In this document: positions 45,689-56,460 of the stretch, piece by piece
How the letters are laid out: every line of letters starts with the position of its first letter
How positions within the stretch are numbered: the stretch's first letter is position 1
Assembly: GCA_977018835.1 (NCBI GenBank)
Contig: OZ361257.1
Span: 2,232,001-2,296,000, forward strand
Length of the DNA: 64,000 bases
From: Minutocellus sp. GHC0000111
Taxonomy: Eukaryota
Direction of reading: 5' to 3'
The notes under the pieces: model-generated
The model's input: only the letters and a program-made list of their open reading frames with translations
Databases searched by the model: none
Told to the model about the DNA's origin: nothing
Made by a program: the position numbers and the translations under genes

Positions 45689-46999
45689 TCACAAACAATC
45701 CACTGGCGCATCCCACTCGTCAATCTTTGCCAATATCTCCATCAACTGTGTCGACTTCATGTCCGCCGGAGCGTCCTTGGAAGACTTGTTGTTGTCCTCT
45801 GATCGTGCTCGGGAGGCGGCATGGATCATGCTCACTCTCTCGAATCGTTGGTCCCATACTTGTTTTAGGGTTGTATTGATTGCTTCCTTGGAATATGTTG
45901 CTTCGTCTGCACCAACATCACCACCGCCGGTTCCCCTCTTCGAAACGAGCTTGGATAGACCATGTACCAACACAGCTGCATCTTCCAAGGATTGATTCGC
46001 CCCCTGCCCAAGTGAGGGAAACATTGCATGAGCAGCATCTCCAATCAATATCACAGGACCTCTCGCAGCCCTCTTGAACCACATCCACATCTCGAATTGC
46101 GTCAACATGCACAGCTTCTGGTGGAATGGCTTGCAAGATACCTTGAATCGCTTCGGGATAGTCAGCAAAGGCTTGGCACATCAGATCCTTCTTTTCTTGT
46201 GCAGATAATTTGTATATCGAATCGATCCTAAGACCGTCATTCGAATTCTCTCCCCCTTCAAACTTGGCCATTGAAGTAACTGTCAAAATATTCTGGGAAG
46301 TTTCGCGGTAGGAAAAGAGCGATCCAGGAACAGTGCCCTGAACACCGACGTTGGTTCCCCTCGGAGGAACATATTTCGCATCAAACAAGTCCGTTGAAAC
46401 TGCAGCGCGATATGCCAGCTTTTCATTATAATGCCTTGGCGTTGGACCAAACAAATGTTGACGAATTCTGGAGAAAATGCGGCACCGACCAATACCCTCG
46501 TTCGGATTGTTGTATTTGTAGTAGATGTGCTTTCCGATTCTGCTTGGCGTGATGCGGTGGATAGAGTAACGATACCATCACTGTCGAGTTCAAATGATTC
46601 CAATGCAGTCCCCATCTTTATAACACCCTCCGGCAAACCCTCGGCAAAATACTTTTGTAGCAAGTACCAAACCAAATACTGCACACCCTTCTTGGTCGGC
46701 GGTTTCTTCTCATGCAGCACGTTTCCCTCCACATCTTGCAGTATCATGGTCTCAATTGGAATGCACGAAGCCTTGACTTTATCGGCCACATCCGGCGATA
46801 GATATTCCAACGCCTTGATCCCATTCGAAAATAGTGCAATCGATGCACCGACGGGTTGCATCTTGGAGGCCTTGTCGAGAACCAGCACGTTGGTAACGCC
46901 CCGTTGGACGAGGCCGACGGCACATGCCAACCCGGCAATCGCCCCGCCCACTATAACGACGTCGTACACGTGCTCATCGCTACTGCTCTGGGTCGTCAT
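45689..46999 (-). pseudogene. FAD-dependent monooxygenase (salicylate hydroxylase/zeaxanthin epoxidase-like) with two frameshifts (~46480, ~46065)
   Basis: VVIVGGAIAGL, VLVGA[DG]IFSRIR broken across frames, LIGDAAHAMFPSLGQGANQSLEDA in a third ORF. Confidence 0.85.
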
Positions 47000-47213
47000 A
47001 GTTAACCCAGCCACCAGCACCCACGCAAGGGATTGACTTGAACCATGCAATGCATCGGCAGCATGCAGCAACATGACATGCAAGCAACGTCTTGGCCACC
47101 AAAACACAGGAGATTGGTAATATCGACCAAAACGTGACGATAACGAACGCGCCATAGAGAGAAATGAGGATGATTGCAAAAGACAAGATGTGTTCGTATC
47201 GCAAGTCAAAGCG

Positions 47214-48275
47214 ATGCAACTTCTTCTGCTTGCTTCGATCTGCCCACTAATATCATCATTTGTAGGGCCGAAGGCAGCACAATGTGCTCACTTGCCTCGT
47301 CACCTACCCATTGATCTGGCCGAAGCTGCCCAACCAGTTGACGAGCAGCGAGTTGGTGTCAACAAAGATATCTTTGAAGAATCGGATCAAATCAAGAATT
47401 TGTTTGCATGGGCAAGCAAAGCAATCGCTGGAGATGAGCGATATGATGATTTGGATGTAGGTTTGTCGACTGTATTTGGCCGTCCATCTCCTCAAAATGT
47501 CCAACTGCTCCAAGATGCTCTCGCGCTTCTTCCGGACGACGAAGAGCAGCCCGTTGGTCCCATACTCTCGTTGGAGGACCGGCAACTCAACTCCCTTGGC
47601 CCTCTGGGCGCTGGGCAGTGGACGAAGCAATATGATGAAAAGTATCCACATTCACTCCTAAATGTGCGCAATATTGACCATGTGTTGGCTTGGCAAAAGT
47701 CGTTGAAGAGAACCTGCCGCCAATCACTAAGACGGGCAGTAGGGATGAATTATACAGTTGTTGCCAAGCCAATAACTGGAGATGAACCAGCTCCTCAGTC
47801 CTCGCTGGCGGTCTTTCGTTGCATTGTGGAGCATGAATTGCGATTGAATTTGAAGGGAAAGCTGGATGAAAATGGTGGTGATGAACGTGTTGATGCCTCG
47901 GTATTCTTTGGGGCAATATGCGAGGCGGTTGAACGATACGTAATCAGTACCAAGATGGCGGGCACCATCTATGAATATCGATTAGATCCCACAGGCCCCA
48001 TTGCAATCATTGCACATGAAGTGAGAAAGGGAAGCGTCCTGCGAGGCCAGTGGTGCTATATGACGGACGAAGCTGCGAGGAATTATGGCTGGTTTCGGGC
48101 AGCGCATGATCTTGTGGATCGTGCTGTACAGGAGAAGGATATTGATGTGGTCGATCTTGGTCCCAACGGTGTTTATGGAAAGCTTGACGCCCATGCCAAG
48201 CTGAAGCAGCGATATGGTTTTGAATTGGTGGAGAATTGGCCTGCTGTCGCTGATTATCGGGGTCCGTTTGGGTAG
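47214..48275 (+). CDS. Probable plastid-targeted hypothetical protein, possibly GNAT/FemAB-like fold
   Basis: Signal peptide ending ISS|F; R.SLRRA, VVDLGP...LKQRYGF pattern. Confidence 0.6.
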   Translation: MQLLLLASICPLISSFVGPKAAQCAHLPRHLPIDLAEAAQPVDEQRVGVNKDIFEESDQIKNLFAWASKAIAGDERYDDLDVGLSTVFGRPSPQNVQLLQDALALLPDDEEQPVGPILSLEDRQLNSLGPLGAGQWTKQYDEKYPHSLLNVRNIDHVLAWQKSLKRTCRQSLRRAVGMNYTVVAKPITGDEPAPQSSLAVFRCIVEHELRLNLKGKLDENGGDERVDASVFFGAICEAVERYVISTKMAGTIYEYRLDPTGPIAIIAHEVRKGSVLRGQWCYMTDEAARNYGWFRAAHDLVDRAVQEKDIDVVDLGPNGVYGKLDAHAKLKQRYGFELVENWPAVADYRGPFG

Positions 48276-48432
48276 ATAGCACGTGCGTCAAGTGTACGAA
48301 GTTTGGCTACTTTTGCCAATACTTGTTTCTGTACAAATGCTCTACTCTACTCTGATATTCTACTCTACTCTAAAATGGCGCCCCTCTCTTTTCTAACCAA
48401 GAAATGCAATACTAGTACATATCACCTCTCAT

Positions 48433-49376
48433 CTAGCTGCCACCCGGCGAAGAGGCAGCGGCAGGTCCTCGCATCAGCCGTCCAATTGCCAAAAGTTGTT
48501 TCCAAATATTGTCCTCTGATCCACTCCCGTCCAAATTGACACACGGCACGTGGTGCTCCCGAAGCAGGTTGATGGTGGCCTTATTCTCCTTGCGGAACCG
48601 CCGGAGCTTCTGTAGTGCACCGTCGACATCACCGGACGCCTTGGGGTCCGTGCGCGACAATTCTCGCTCCATCAGCAGCGTGTCGTCGCAGTCCAGGGAG
48701 ATGGCAAGCTCGGGTTTCCCCAGCAGCTGGCAGAATGCCTCGGCATCCTCCTCGTTGCGGGGGAAGCCCGTGAGCAGCGCCCTGCCGTTGCCATCCCCGC
48801 TGGTTCGAATTCGCTTCCTGATGAGGGCCAGCATGACGGCGCTGGGAATCTCCTCTCCGCGTTGCTGCAGATTGACAATTTCGACCCCCAAGGACGATCC
48901 GCTCTCCATCTCCTCTTGGATGAGGTCGGCAGCACAGATGTGATCGACGCCGCAGTCCTTGGCCAGTCGATCGCACAGCAGGGTTTTGCCGCTGGCAGGA
49001 CCGCCGACTGCCAAAATGATATGACTCTCCGTCTCCACCTCGTGGGTCGTGGTGGTGGAATTCGAAAAGCAGCCGTCGAGGGGTAGGTGGTTTGCAGACA
49101 AATCGTTTGCAGCTGCAACGTCCCCCAGCCATCTGCCGCTGCACCGTCGCGACGCCTCGGCAGGGCACAGGTGTCGCACGTGCGGCCCCGCCGATGGTGC
49201 TGCTGCTTGTGCTGATTTGGGTTGTGAAATTCGTTGGAATCGGACAAGGTTGAAAGGAGACGAGTTCGATGAGCCACCGACGTGCTTGACGAGGCAGACG
49301 CAGCAGATGGCAGCCGGCCAAGTCCAGCGCTGAGGAGGGATCGGGAGAGAGGCTGGCGGAGGTAGATGCTCGACAT
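48433..49376 (-). pseudogene. Adenylate/UMP-CMP kinase-like protein; mitochondrial-type presequence is out of frame (probable 1-nt loss in a G5 run at 49122-49126)
   Basis: GGPASGKT P-loop, HICAADL, LLTGFPR; upstream MSSIYLRQPLSRSLL presequence lies in another frame. Confidence 0.7.
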
Positions 49377-49759
49377 GGCTGGAGACACATGGAAGAAGAA
49401 GACTGAGGGTTGTGGAAGCAGTGTCGATGCGGACACTCCAAGTTCATGCAGTCATGCGGTCTGACGCGCAGAGCGAGCCGTTGCTTGTCTTTTTGGCGGG
49501 GGGCGGCGAATTCGAAAATCGATGACACACACGAAGCAGCACAAGTAGAAAGGAAAACTGTCTCTCATCGAAACGCAATGATGAAGATGTGCGACGCACT
49601 TGATCCTCATTCGCCATTCCGCCATCGCCATGCGCCATGATGAGAGGAGCGAAGCAGCGGCGCACAGCACTAGGCATGGTCCTCTGACAATGTTGGCAGG
49701 ACGCACAGCGCAGGGAAAGCTTGATTTCGTGTTCTCTCTCTCTCTCTTTGCCGAAGAAC

Positions 49760-52700
49760 ATGAAAGCATTCGCAGCCATCATTGCCGTGCAGACATGCTT
49801 CGTCGCGGTCGTCACTCTGCGCATCGATGTTCTCTCGTCAGCTGCTGTGCATGTGGGCCTGCCGACATCCCCCAGTGTTGGTGCCTCTCTTGGCCCCTTT
49901 GGCATGACGGATCACGCGCGCTCGTCCGCATTGCCCAGCTGCCTGTTTGTCATGTCGACCTCGGCAGCCAACGAAGAACACATTTTGAGGCAGTTTAACA
50001 CTTGTCGGGATGATCGCACGGTGGGGTTGTGGATCAACATTTGTGACAAGGGCAGCAACAACAACAACAACAACTACTACAACTACAACAACAACAATGG
50101 CTCGACATCAATCCTTCGATCTGAGACACCAGACCTCAAACCCACACTGTGGGAGCAAGTGGCACCACAGCACACATCCGCCTATGAGCATCTCTACTTT
50201 TTGGATGATGACATGCTGTTCGATCGCAATGTGTTTGCGTTCGATCAGCTTCGTTGGTTGGTGCAACGTGTCGATGCTGTGATTTCATCGCCCAAGACCA
50301 CACGCAACAGTGTGCCCGAGAGTGAGCGCAGGGCGGCAGCAGCGACAAGCAGTGACGGCGGGGGTGGTGTGACGGCTGGCAGAACATCCACAAAGAAGCC
50401 ATCAATTAGAGGAGGAGGGAGTGTTCTTCGAACAAACACAACAATGGCACAACAAAGACGGCGAAGGCTGGCTTCGCAAAATGGTGGCGGGGGTGGGGGC
50501 TGGAGGCTGAATCCGCTGGGTCTGTGCAAAGAAGAGACGACGGCCGACCAATTGGCAGCAAAGGTAAAGGTGGTGGAAATTGGCAGCTTCATGATCAAGA
50601 CCAAGGCGTGGCATTTCTTTCGAGAGAACATCTTTGTTCCCTCATCTGCCTCCGACTGTGGACCCGATTGCGTTTGGTGCCGAGTGTTTGAGAAGGAGGG
50701 AACGCGATTTGGAGCCGTGCCCTGCCTGCGAACGCTGCACGTCGGCATCACCCACGATATCCTCGATACTGCCGGTACGATGATATGTCCCTTCGTTCGT
50801 TGTCTCCTACCGACTGCAATGTCGCTAATGACCGATCCTTCGGAGGAATGTGCCTCGTTGGCCGCTAGCTCGTTCGCTGCACTTGTTCGAGTGTCTCCAT
50901 TGGTTGAAAAGCGACGAGATGTAAATCCAGGAAACGCCGATCCCTCGGAATTAGAGAGAGATTCCAACAAGGTCATCGATCACTTGATTCATGGTGAGCC
51001 GTTGCCTCCGTTGAGCCTTCCAAGTTCAATCCAGGCTTGTATGGATAAATCGCAGACGACATTGCGTGGGTATCAAAAGGAAGGAATTTCTTGGCTGCAT
51101 TTCTTGCAGTCCGTTAACCTCAATGGAGCACTATGTGACGACATGGGAGTGGGTAAGAGTCTTCAGGCGTTGGTTGGTATTGCTTTGGCCCACTCGAACG
51201 CCGTTGGCAATGTTGACGGTGCCTTAAAGTCCCTTGTTGTGTGTCCCTCCACCGTTGTGGGCCACTGGATGAAAGAAGCTGAAAAGTACTTTCCTCTTGT
51301 TGAGCATATTTTCAAGCCGCTCATGTACACGGGCTCGGCGAAAGCCAGAAAGGCCATGTTGGAAGAAAAGTTTAAGGAATGCAACCTTGTTGTTACCAGC
51401 TACTCCGTCCTTCGCAACGACATTGATGCCCTGTCGTCCATTTCGTGGGTCTATTGCGTCCTTGACGAAGGCCACCTATTGAAGAATCCTGGTTCCGCTA
51501 CAGCCAGAGCATCTCGTCTCATCAAATCGCGGCATAAACTCATCTTGTCAGGCACTCCAGTGCAGAACCACGTCAACGAGCTGTGGGCCGTCTTTGATTT
51601 CCTCATGCCCAACTTCTTGGGGTCGGAGGCAGTATTTACCAAGTCATTTGCCAAGCCCATCATCAATGGCCAATCTAGTGGGGCATCGCCCTCGGCGATC
51701 GGTACCAGCATCAATAAGCTCAAGCTACTCCACCAGACTGTCCTTCCTTTCATATTACGCCGGGAGAAGCAAGATGTGATGAAGGAGCTGCCTCCAAAGG
51801 TTATGTCGGACATTCCTTGCGTACTGAGCTCTGTGCAAGCGACAATGTACCAGCAATTTATTGAAAGCTCGGAGGCCAAGCATGCCTTGGCCGCACTACA
51901 GCGAAGCATAGAGGCAGCTCACCAAAATGGCGGTGGTGGGTCAAACAGTGGTGTGGACATTGACCAAGAACAATCCATGGGAAGGGATGTATTAAAGTCA
52001 CTCCTTTATCTCCGACTTCTCTGTACCCACCCAATTCTTGTCGTAAAGCGAGCCGAAGATGGTAACGACGGTGAAGACGACGAGAGAGAGGATATCGCCG
52101 AGCAGCGTTCGCGTCTCGATTCTTCGGGGAAGCTCATGGCCCTCAAGGATCTGCTACAGAGCGCATCGATTTGCTCAGATGGTCTGACGGCCGCTGACAA
52201 CGACCAGTCTACCCTCTACGCAAAAAGGGTAATACCAGACTATACTGATTTGTCGAGTGGTGATTTCACCCAATCAAATGAAGATCTTAGTGATGACCTG
52301 AACGGCGAAGAAGGAAGTAGCACTATGGCGGGTAAGGACCAACTCACATCCAAGTGTCTGATATTTGCCCAATTCACGCAAAGTCTTGACATTGTTGAGG
52401 AATATCTTTTTGCCCCGCATATGCCTTCCTTGCGCTATCTTCGAATCGATGGGCAAGTGCCACTGGAGGAACGAACCAAGAGGGTAGATCGCTTCAACTC
52501 CGATGAAAGCATTCAAGTGATGCTTCTGACTACTCGGGTTGGTGGCCTCGGCCTTAATCTGACGGGCGCCGACACCGTCGTATTCTTAGAAAGCGACTGG
52601 AATCCTTTCTCCGACCTTCAAGCCATGGACCGAGCCCATAGAATCGGTCAAACCAAAACAGTCAATGTCTACCGTCTGATATGTTCCGATACCATCGAAG

Positions 52701-52975
52701 AGAAAATCATGAGGCTCCAATCGATCAAAATGGAAATGAGCAAAGCCATTGTGAACTCCGACAACTCTACAATGTACAGCATGGGAACAGATCGATTGCT
52801 GGACTTGTTCACCTTTGAAGACCGACAGGTAAATAATGGGAATGGACGGAAAACTACCGAGGCATCGAAAGCAGAAGGCGCAAATATTTTAGACGTTGTG
52901 TCGTCACAAGAGGATGAGTATCTGTCTCTTTCAACGGAGCGCTTTCTACGGGATTTGCTCCCTCAAAAAGGATGA
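49760..52975 (+). CDS. BTAF1: Chimeric ORF: signal-anchored DUF707/GT-A-like N-terminus fused to the C-terminal SNF2 ATPase half of MOT1/BTAF1
   Basis: N-part has YEHLYFLDDDML and ISSP; from ~50757 MOT1-type SFAALVR, LRGYQKEGISWL, DDMGVGKS, LDEGH, LLTTRVGGLGLNLTGAD, QAMDRAHRIGQ, MGTDRLLDLF. Confidence 0.85.
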   Translation: MKAFAAIIAVQTCFVAVVTLRIDVLSSAAVHVGLPTSPSVGASLGPFGMTDHARSSALPSCLFVMSTSAANEEHILRQFNTCRDDRTVGLWINICDKGSNNNNNNYYNYNNNNGSTSILRSETPDLKPTLWEQVAPQHTSAYEHLYFLDDDMLFDRNVFAFDQLRWLVQRVDAVISSPKTTRNSVPESERRAAAATSSDGGGGVTAGRTSTKKPSIRGGGSVLRTNTTMAQQRRRRLASQNGGGGGGWRLNPLGLCKEETTADQLAAKVKVVEIGSFMIKTKAWHFFRENIFVPSSASDCGPDCVWCRVFEKEGTRFGAVPCLRTLHVGITHDILDTAGTMICPFVRCLLPTAMSLMTDPSEECASLAASSFAALVRVSPLVEKRRDVNPGNADPSELERDSNKVIDHLIHGEPLPPLSLPSSIQACMDKSQTTLRGYQKEGISWLHFLQSVNLNGALCDDMGVGKSLQALVGIALAHSNAVGNVDGALKSLVVCPSTVVGHWMKEAEKYFPLVEHIFKPLMYTGSAKARKAMLEEKFKECNLVVTSYSVLRNDIDALSSISWVYCVLDEGHLLKNPGSATARASRLIKSRHKLILSGTPVQNHVNELWAVFDFLMPNFLGSEAVFTKSFAKPIINGQSSGASPSAIGTSINKLKLLHQTVLPFILRREKQDVMKELPPKVMSDIPCVLSSVQATMYQQFIESSEAKHALAALQRSIEAAHQNGGGGSNSGVDIDQEQSMGRDVLKSLLYLRLLCTHPILVVKRAEDGNDGEDDEREDIAEQRSRLDSSGKLMALKDLLQSASICSDGLTAADNDQSTLYAKRVIPDYTDLSSGDFTQSNEDLSDDLNGEEGSSTMAGKDQLTSKCLIFAQFTQSLDIVEEYLFAPHMPSLRYLRIDGQVPLEERTKRVDRFNSDESIQVMLLTTRVGGLGLNLTGADTVVFLESDWNPFSDLQAMDRAHRIGQTKTVNVYRLICSDTIEEKIMRLQSIKMEMSKAIVNSDNSTMYSMGTDRLLDLFTFEDRQVNNGNGRKTTEASKAEGANILDVVSSQEDEYLSLSTERFLRDLLPQKG

Positions 52976-53023
52976 ATGTGTAAATGGATTGAAAGGAGCA
53001 GTTACTTTATCTTGCGTGTCTAC

Positions 53024-53064
53024 CATGGTACGAGTTCATGGTACGAGTTCATGGTACGAGTTCA
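53024..53064. repeat. 13-bp tandem repeat (CATGGTACGAGTT)x3
   Basis: Exact triplication between convergent 3' ends. Confidence 0.95.
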
Positions 53065-53119
53065 ATTAAATCACGACATCCCCAGCCGAGTCCTCAAGTA
53101 TATCCACCCACTATCTGAT

Positions 53120-54674
53120 CTATTCCTCCGATCCCACCACCGACGTGCCCTCGATGCCACCGAGAGGTGGCAAATTGCTCGTCACCATCTCCAAAATTCT
53201 TCTTTTGATCTCAGGGTTGCCTTCGATCTTTCCCACTTGCGCCTTGTTGATGGAGCACTCAACGGCATTCATATCGCTCATGAGAACAGCCTTGGCCTTC
53301 TTCTCCTCCTCAATCTGTTTCTTGAGCAGAGTCGAATTTCTGCTTCTTCAGCTGAGCCCGGCGAGCTTGCTTCTCCCTTTCTTCCTCGAGCAGAGCCTCG
53401 GCCTCTTGGCGGCACTTGGCGGCGTACTTCTCCTCCTCTCGCTCAATTTCCAACAAAGCTAATTTTTTGCTTTCGGTCATCTGTCGATTGGTCTCGATAA
53501 TACTCTCCTGACGCTTCTTCTGCATCTCCTTCTTGCGTCGTTCCAGGTCCCGCTCCCGCTGCTCTCGAGCCTCCATCTCTCTCAAGACAACACGCTCCTC
53601 TTCGATTCGTTTGTCTTCGCCCTGCTGATACTGCTCGGCCTCTTTCAACTTTTGGACGAATTCCTCGTTGCGTTTGAGTCTATCGGCGAGCGCCTGAGCT
53701 CGAGCCGCCTCCTCGGCATCCAATCGAGCCTTCATCTCAGCCATTAGTTTGGCATCGAGCGCGGCCTCTTCCTCCTTTAGGCGCTCACGATATTGCAACT
53801 TTATCTCATTTTCTGCCCTGATCTTCTCCCACGCTAGTTTCTCGGCCTCCTTGGCTCGTCGTTGCTTGTCCTCTTCCAGCTGCAGCTTATATTTCATCTC
53901 GTCAATCTCCTGTCGCTCGCGAGCTCGGCAAAGCTCTTGTTCCAACCGCTTGCGCTCTTGCTGCTCGGAAATCTGACTTTTGATATTCTCGGCAGCCTTC
54001 TTCATGGCCTCTTCCTCTCGCTGCCGTTGCAACTCTGCCTGAACACGCCATTCCTCTATTTCGCACTTTTGGGCAGTGACAAATGCCTCGTCCTCTTTTC
54101 GCTTGGAATCCTCGGCAAGCTGCTTTAGTCGCACCTGTTCATTGAGATTCTTGGCCATAGTGTCACGCTTTTCTTGACGGAATTGGCTCGCAGCCTTGTC
54201 GGCAAACTCGCCTTCAACTGATTTGGCCAGTGGCATCTTAACCCATGGATTGATTTCTGCCCACTTGGCTTCGTCGAATTCGGCTTCCTTGGCAACAGTG
54301 TTGCCAGCGTTGCTATCGAGGGCACTCGAATCATCACAGCATAGGAGGGATGCTACGCTTTCTGCATGCGCAGAAGATGTGGCACTGACAGCTCTCTTCT
54401 TTTCCTGGACGAAATCTCCAAGAGTTGCAGAGATGCGTTCGACGACAACGTCGAGTTTGCGAAGGTCTGTCCAGGCATCTACAAAAGATGGGTTGGAGTC
54501 GAGGTAAGCTGTGATAGCGCGTGAAAGCGTAGCATTGGAGTATGCCTTCTTGTGCTTTTGTTGCAGCCTCTGGAACAGGTGAGCTCCTAGCTTGCTTCGT
54601 TTTGCCCTGTGTTCCTCCCGGGCAGCAATCTCTGCCGCCTTGGCGCGGTCGCAGGAGGTAGCAGAGATCTTCAT
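53120..54674 (-). pseudogene. Trichohyalin-like (TPH-type) coiled-coil protein, possibly ciliary; frameshift at ~53338
   Basis: Long E/R/K/Q coiled coil; removing one A continues into NSTLLKKQIEEEKKAKAVLMSDMNAVECSINK to TAG at 53120. Confidence 0.6.
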
Positions 54675-54978
54675 TGGAAGAAAGAGTGGCGTAAAGAGAA
54701 AGTGATCCAGAGCGGGTGGGGGAGTCAGATAATTGTAGAAACTGTACGATTGCAAATATGTCGAATTCGTAAAAATGATATCATTAGCGGGCAATTTGAT
54801 TTAACTTAGACCTACTAGACTAGTACGATAGTAATGTGAAGTAGGCGGACCGTGCCTTAGCTGCATCGGTATGGGAATATCACTGTGCAGTTTGTGAGGA
54901 TCAAAGATAGGACGAAATTTCAGTACATGTACCGCAGCAGAGGCATCGCATGATATTTCGGAAGATTGTCAAGCTCAC

Positions 54979-56192
54979 TTAGTTGCCCTCGGAGGATGAG
55001 CCCTTCTTCATCTCCCTCACTTTTTCCTTCAGCTCCACGAGCCCCTTGCAATCCTCACGATGGTCATCTTTCTTGCGATTCCAGTGCATCTTCTGGCATT
55101 CGCGGCTGCAGTAGCAGTAAGCACGGCAACCACGGCAAAACTTGCGAGCTTTGCCCTGAAATTCGACACCGCATCCACCACAAGTGTCTCTCAAAGACCG
55201 TAGCCGGCGTTGGAGCTGGACCAGCAGTTGTACGCGTTGAAATCGAGAGCTATCGAGACCTAGACCCATCTTTCTTGCAATGCGTCCCCAGGCCTTGGCC
55301 TGGACAAACTTCCCGAGTTCAAGACAGCATTGCAGTGCGCCAAAGGCGTAGATCGGTCTATTGTCTGCTGGTGACGTTGTGTCCAATGCAGTTGATACAA
55401 AAAGTGGCAGAGCCAAGGCCCGATCCCCCTCAAGAATATGGATGCTTGCCAATACCGCTCTCGCATTGCTCGAGTCTACTAGAAGGGGGAAGAGTATCGA
55501 CTTGGCTGTTTCGATCGAATTTTCGTGAAAGTGTTGCAATGCAACTTGAACGAGAGCGTCTCTGCAGACCATTGTACAATCTTCGTCAATGGTCGTTCTG
55601 AGGGCAGTATCGAAATCCTTACGTGCGAGGACAAGATCGACCGGCGACCCTGAAGTCCCTTCGAGGTAGGCCATTCCGGAGAACATGCAACCGTGCGGGT
55701 GCCCCTGTCGACCGGCAAGCCGGTACCAGTGTAAAGCCACGCACGGCGATTCCTTCACACCGTACCCGCCTTCTGAATACAGTCTTGCAAGGTATGCTTG
55801 GGCCCAGGGGCGACCTCTCTTGGAGTGTTTTTGTAGGCGCTTTGCTGTCAATGACCACGTGGATTCAAAGGTGGCATTGCAGAAATCACACGATTCTGCA
55901 CTGATTGCGTCCAGATGCTTATTGCATCCCTCACAACGCTGTTTGCCACAACACTCAATCGGAAATTGGTACGAGTCGTCTCTAAAGTCCAATTCAATGT
56001 TGCATCTGCGTAATTGGAGGGGGTTTAAGAGGATAGGAGGGAAGTTTGCAGTGAGAATCAGAGAGTTGGAGAAAAAGGCACATGCGTGGCTGTGCGATCG
56101 TACCAGGAGATCCTGAATCATTCTCACCTAGCACACCGAGACGGATCTTCGTTGGTATTGATAATATTCTTCAGCAATTGCGCAGAGGTCAT
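54979..56192 (-). CDS. RING-like/Sel1-repeat/MYND-finger protein; exons 56192-56128 and 56005-54979
   Basis: CCGK..C..C...CDFC, PWAQ..L...Y..G...A..WY..A..QG, CGGC...CRGC...YCSRECQKMHW...HREDC; spliced N-terminus matches the paralog at 60328. Confidence 0.88.
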
Positions 56193-56353
56193 TGAGTCGG
56201 CTATAATAGTCAACAGTGAGAGCGTTTTGAATTGAGGCCAGGAGCCCCTGGTGCGGTGAGGCTTTCAAAACTTTCAAAACGCATCATCTGAAGCAAATCC
56301 TCATTACGTCGTTCAAAATCATCGGATCACTCAGAAATTCTGCTGGCTCGAAG

Positions 56354-56434
56354 GACGACGAGAGAGAAGATATCGCCGAGCAGCTATCGCGCCTCGATTC
56401 TTCGGGGAAGCTCATGGCCCTCAAGGATATGCTA
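56354..56434 (+). repeat. 81-bp duplicated fragment of MOT1 coding sequence (copy of 52076-52156)
   Basis: Ungapped match with 5 mismatches counted by eye. Confidence 0.92.
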
Positions 56435-56460
56435 TCAATAGATCACCGAGTCCGTTGACA

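Noticed and set aside
50053..50098. (AAC/TAC)n microsatellite; also (TC)n at ~49733, (AT)n at ~26093, (GAC)n at ~57013
   Set aside because: Ordinary low-complexity tracts, mostly encoding poly-Asn or poly-Asp
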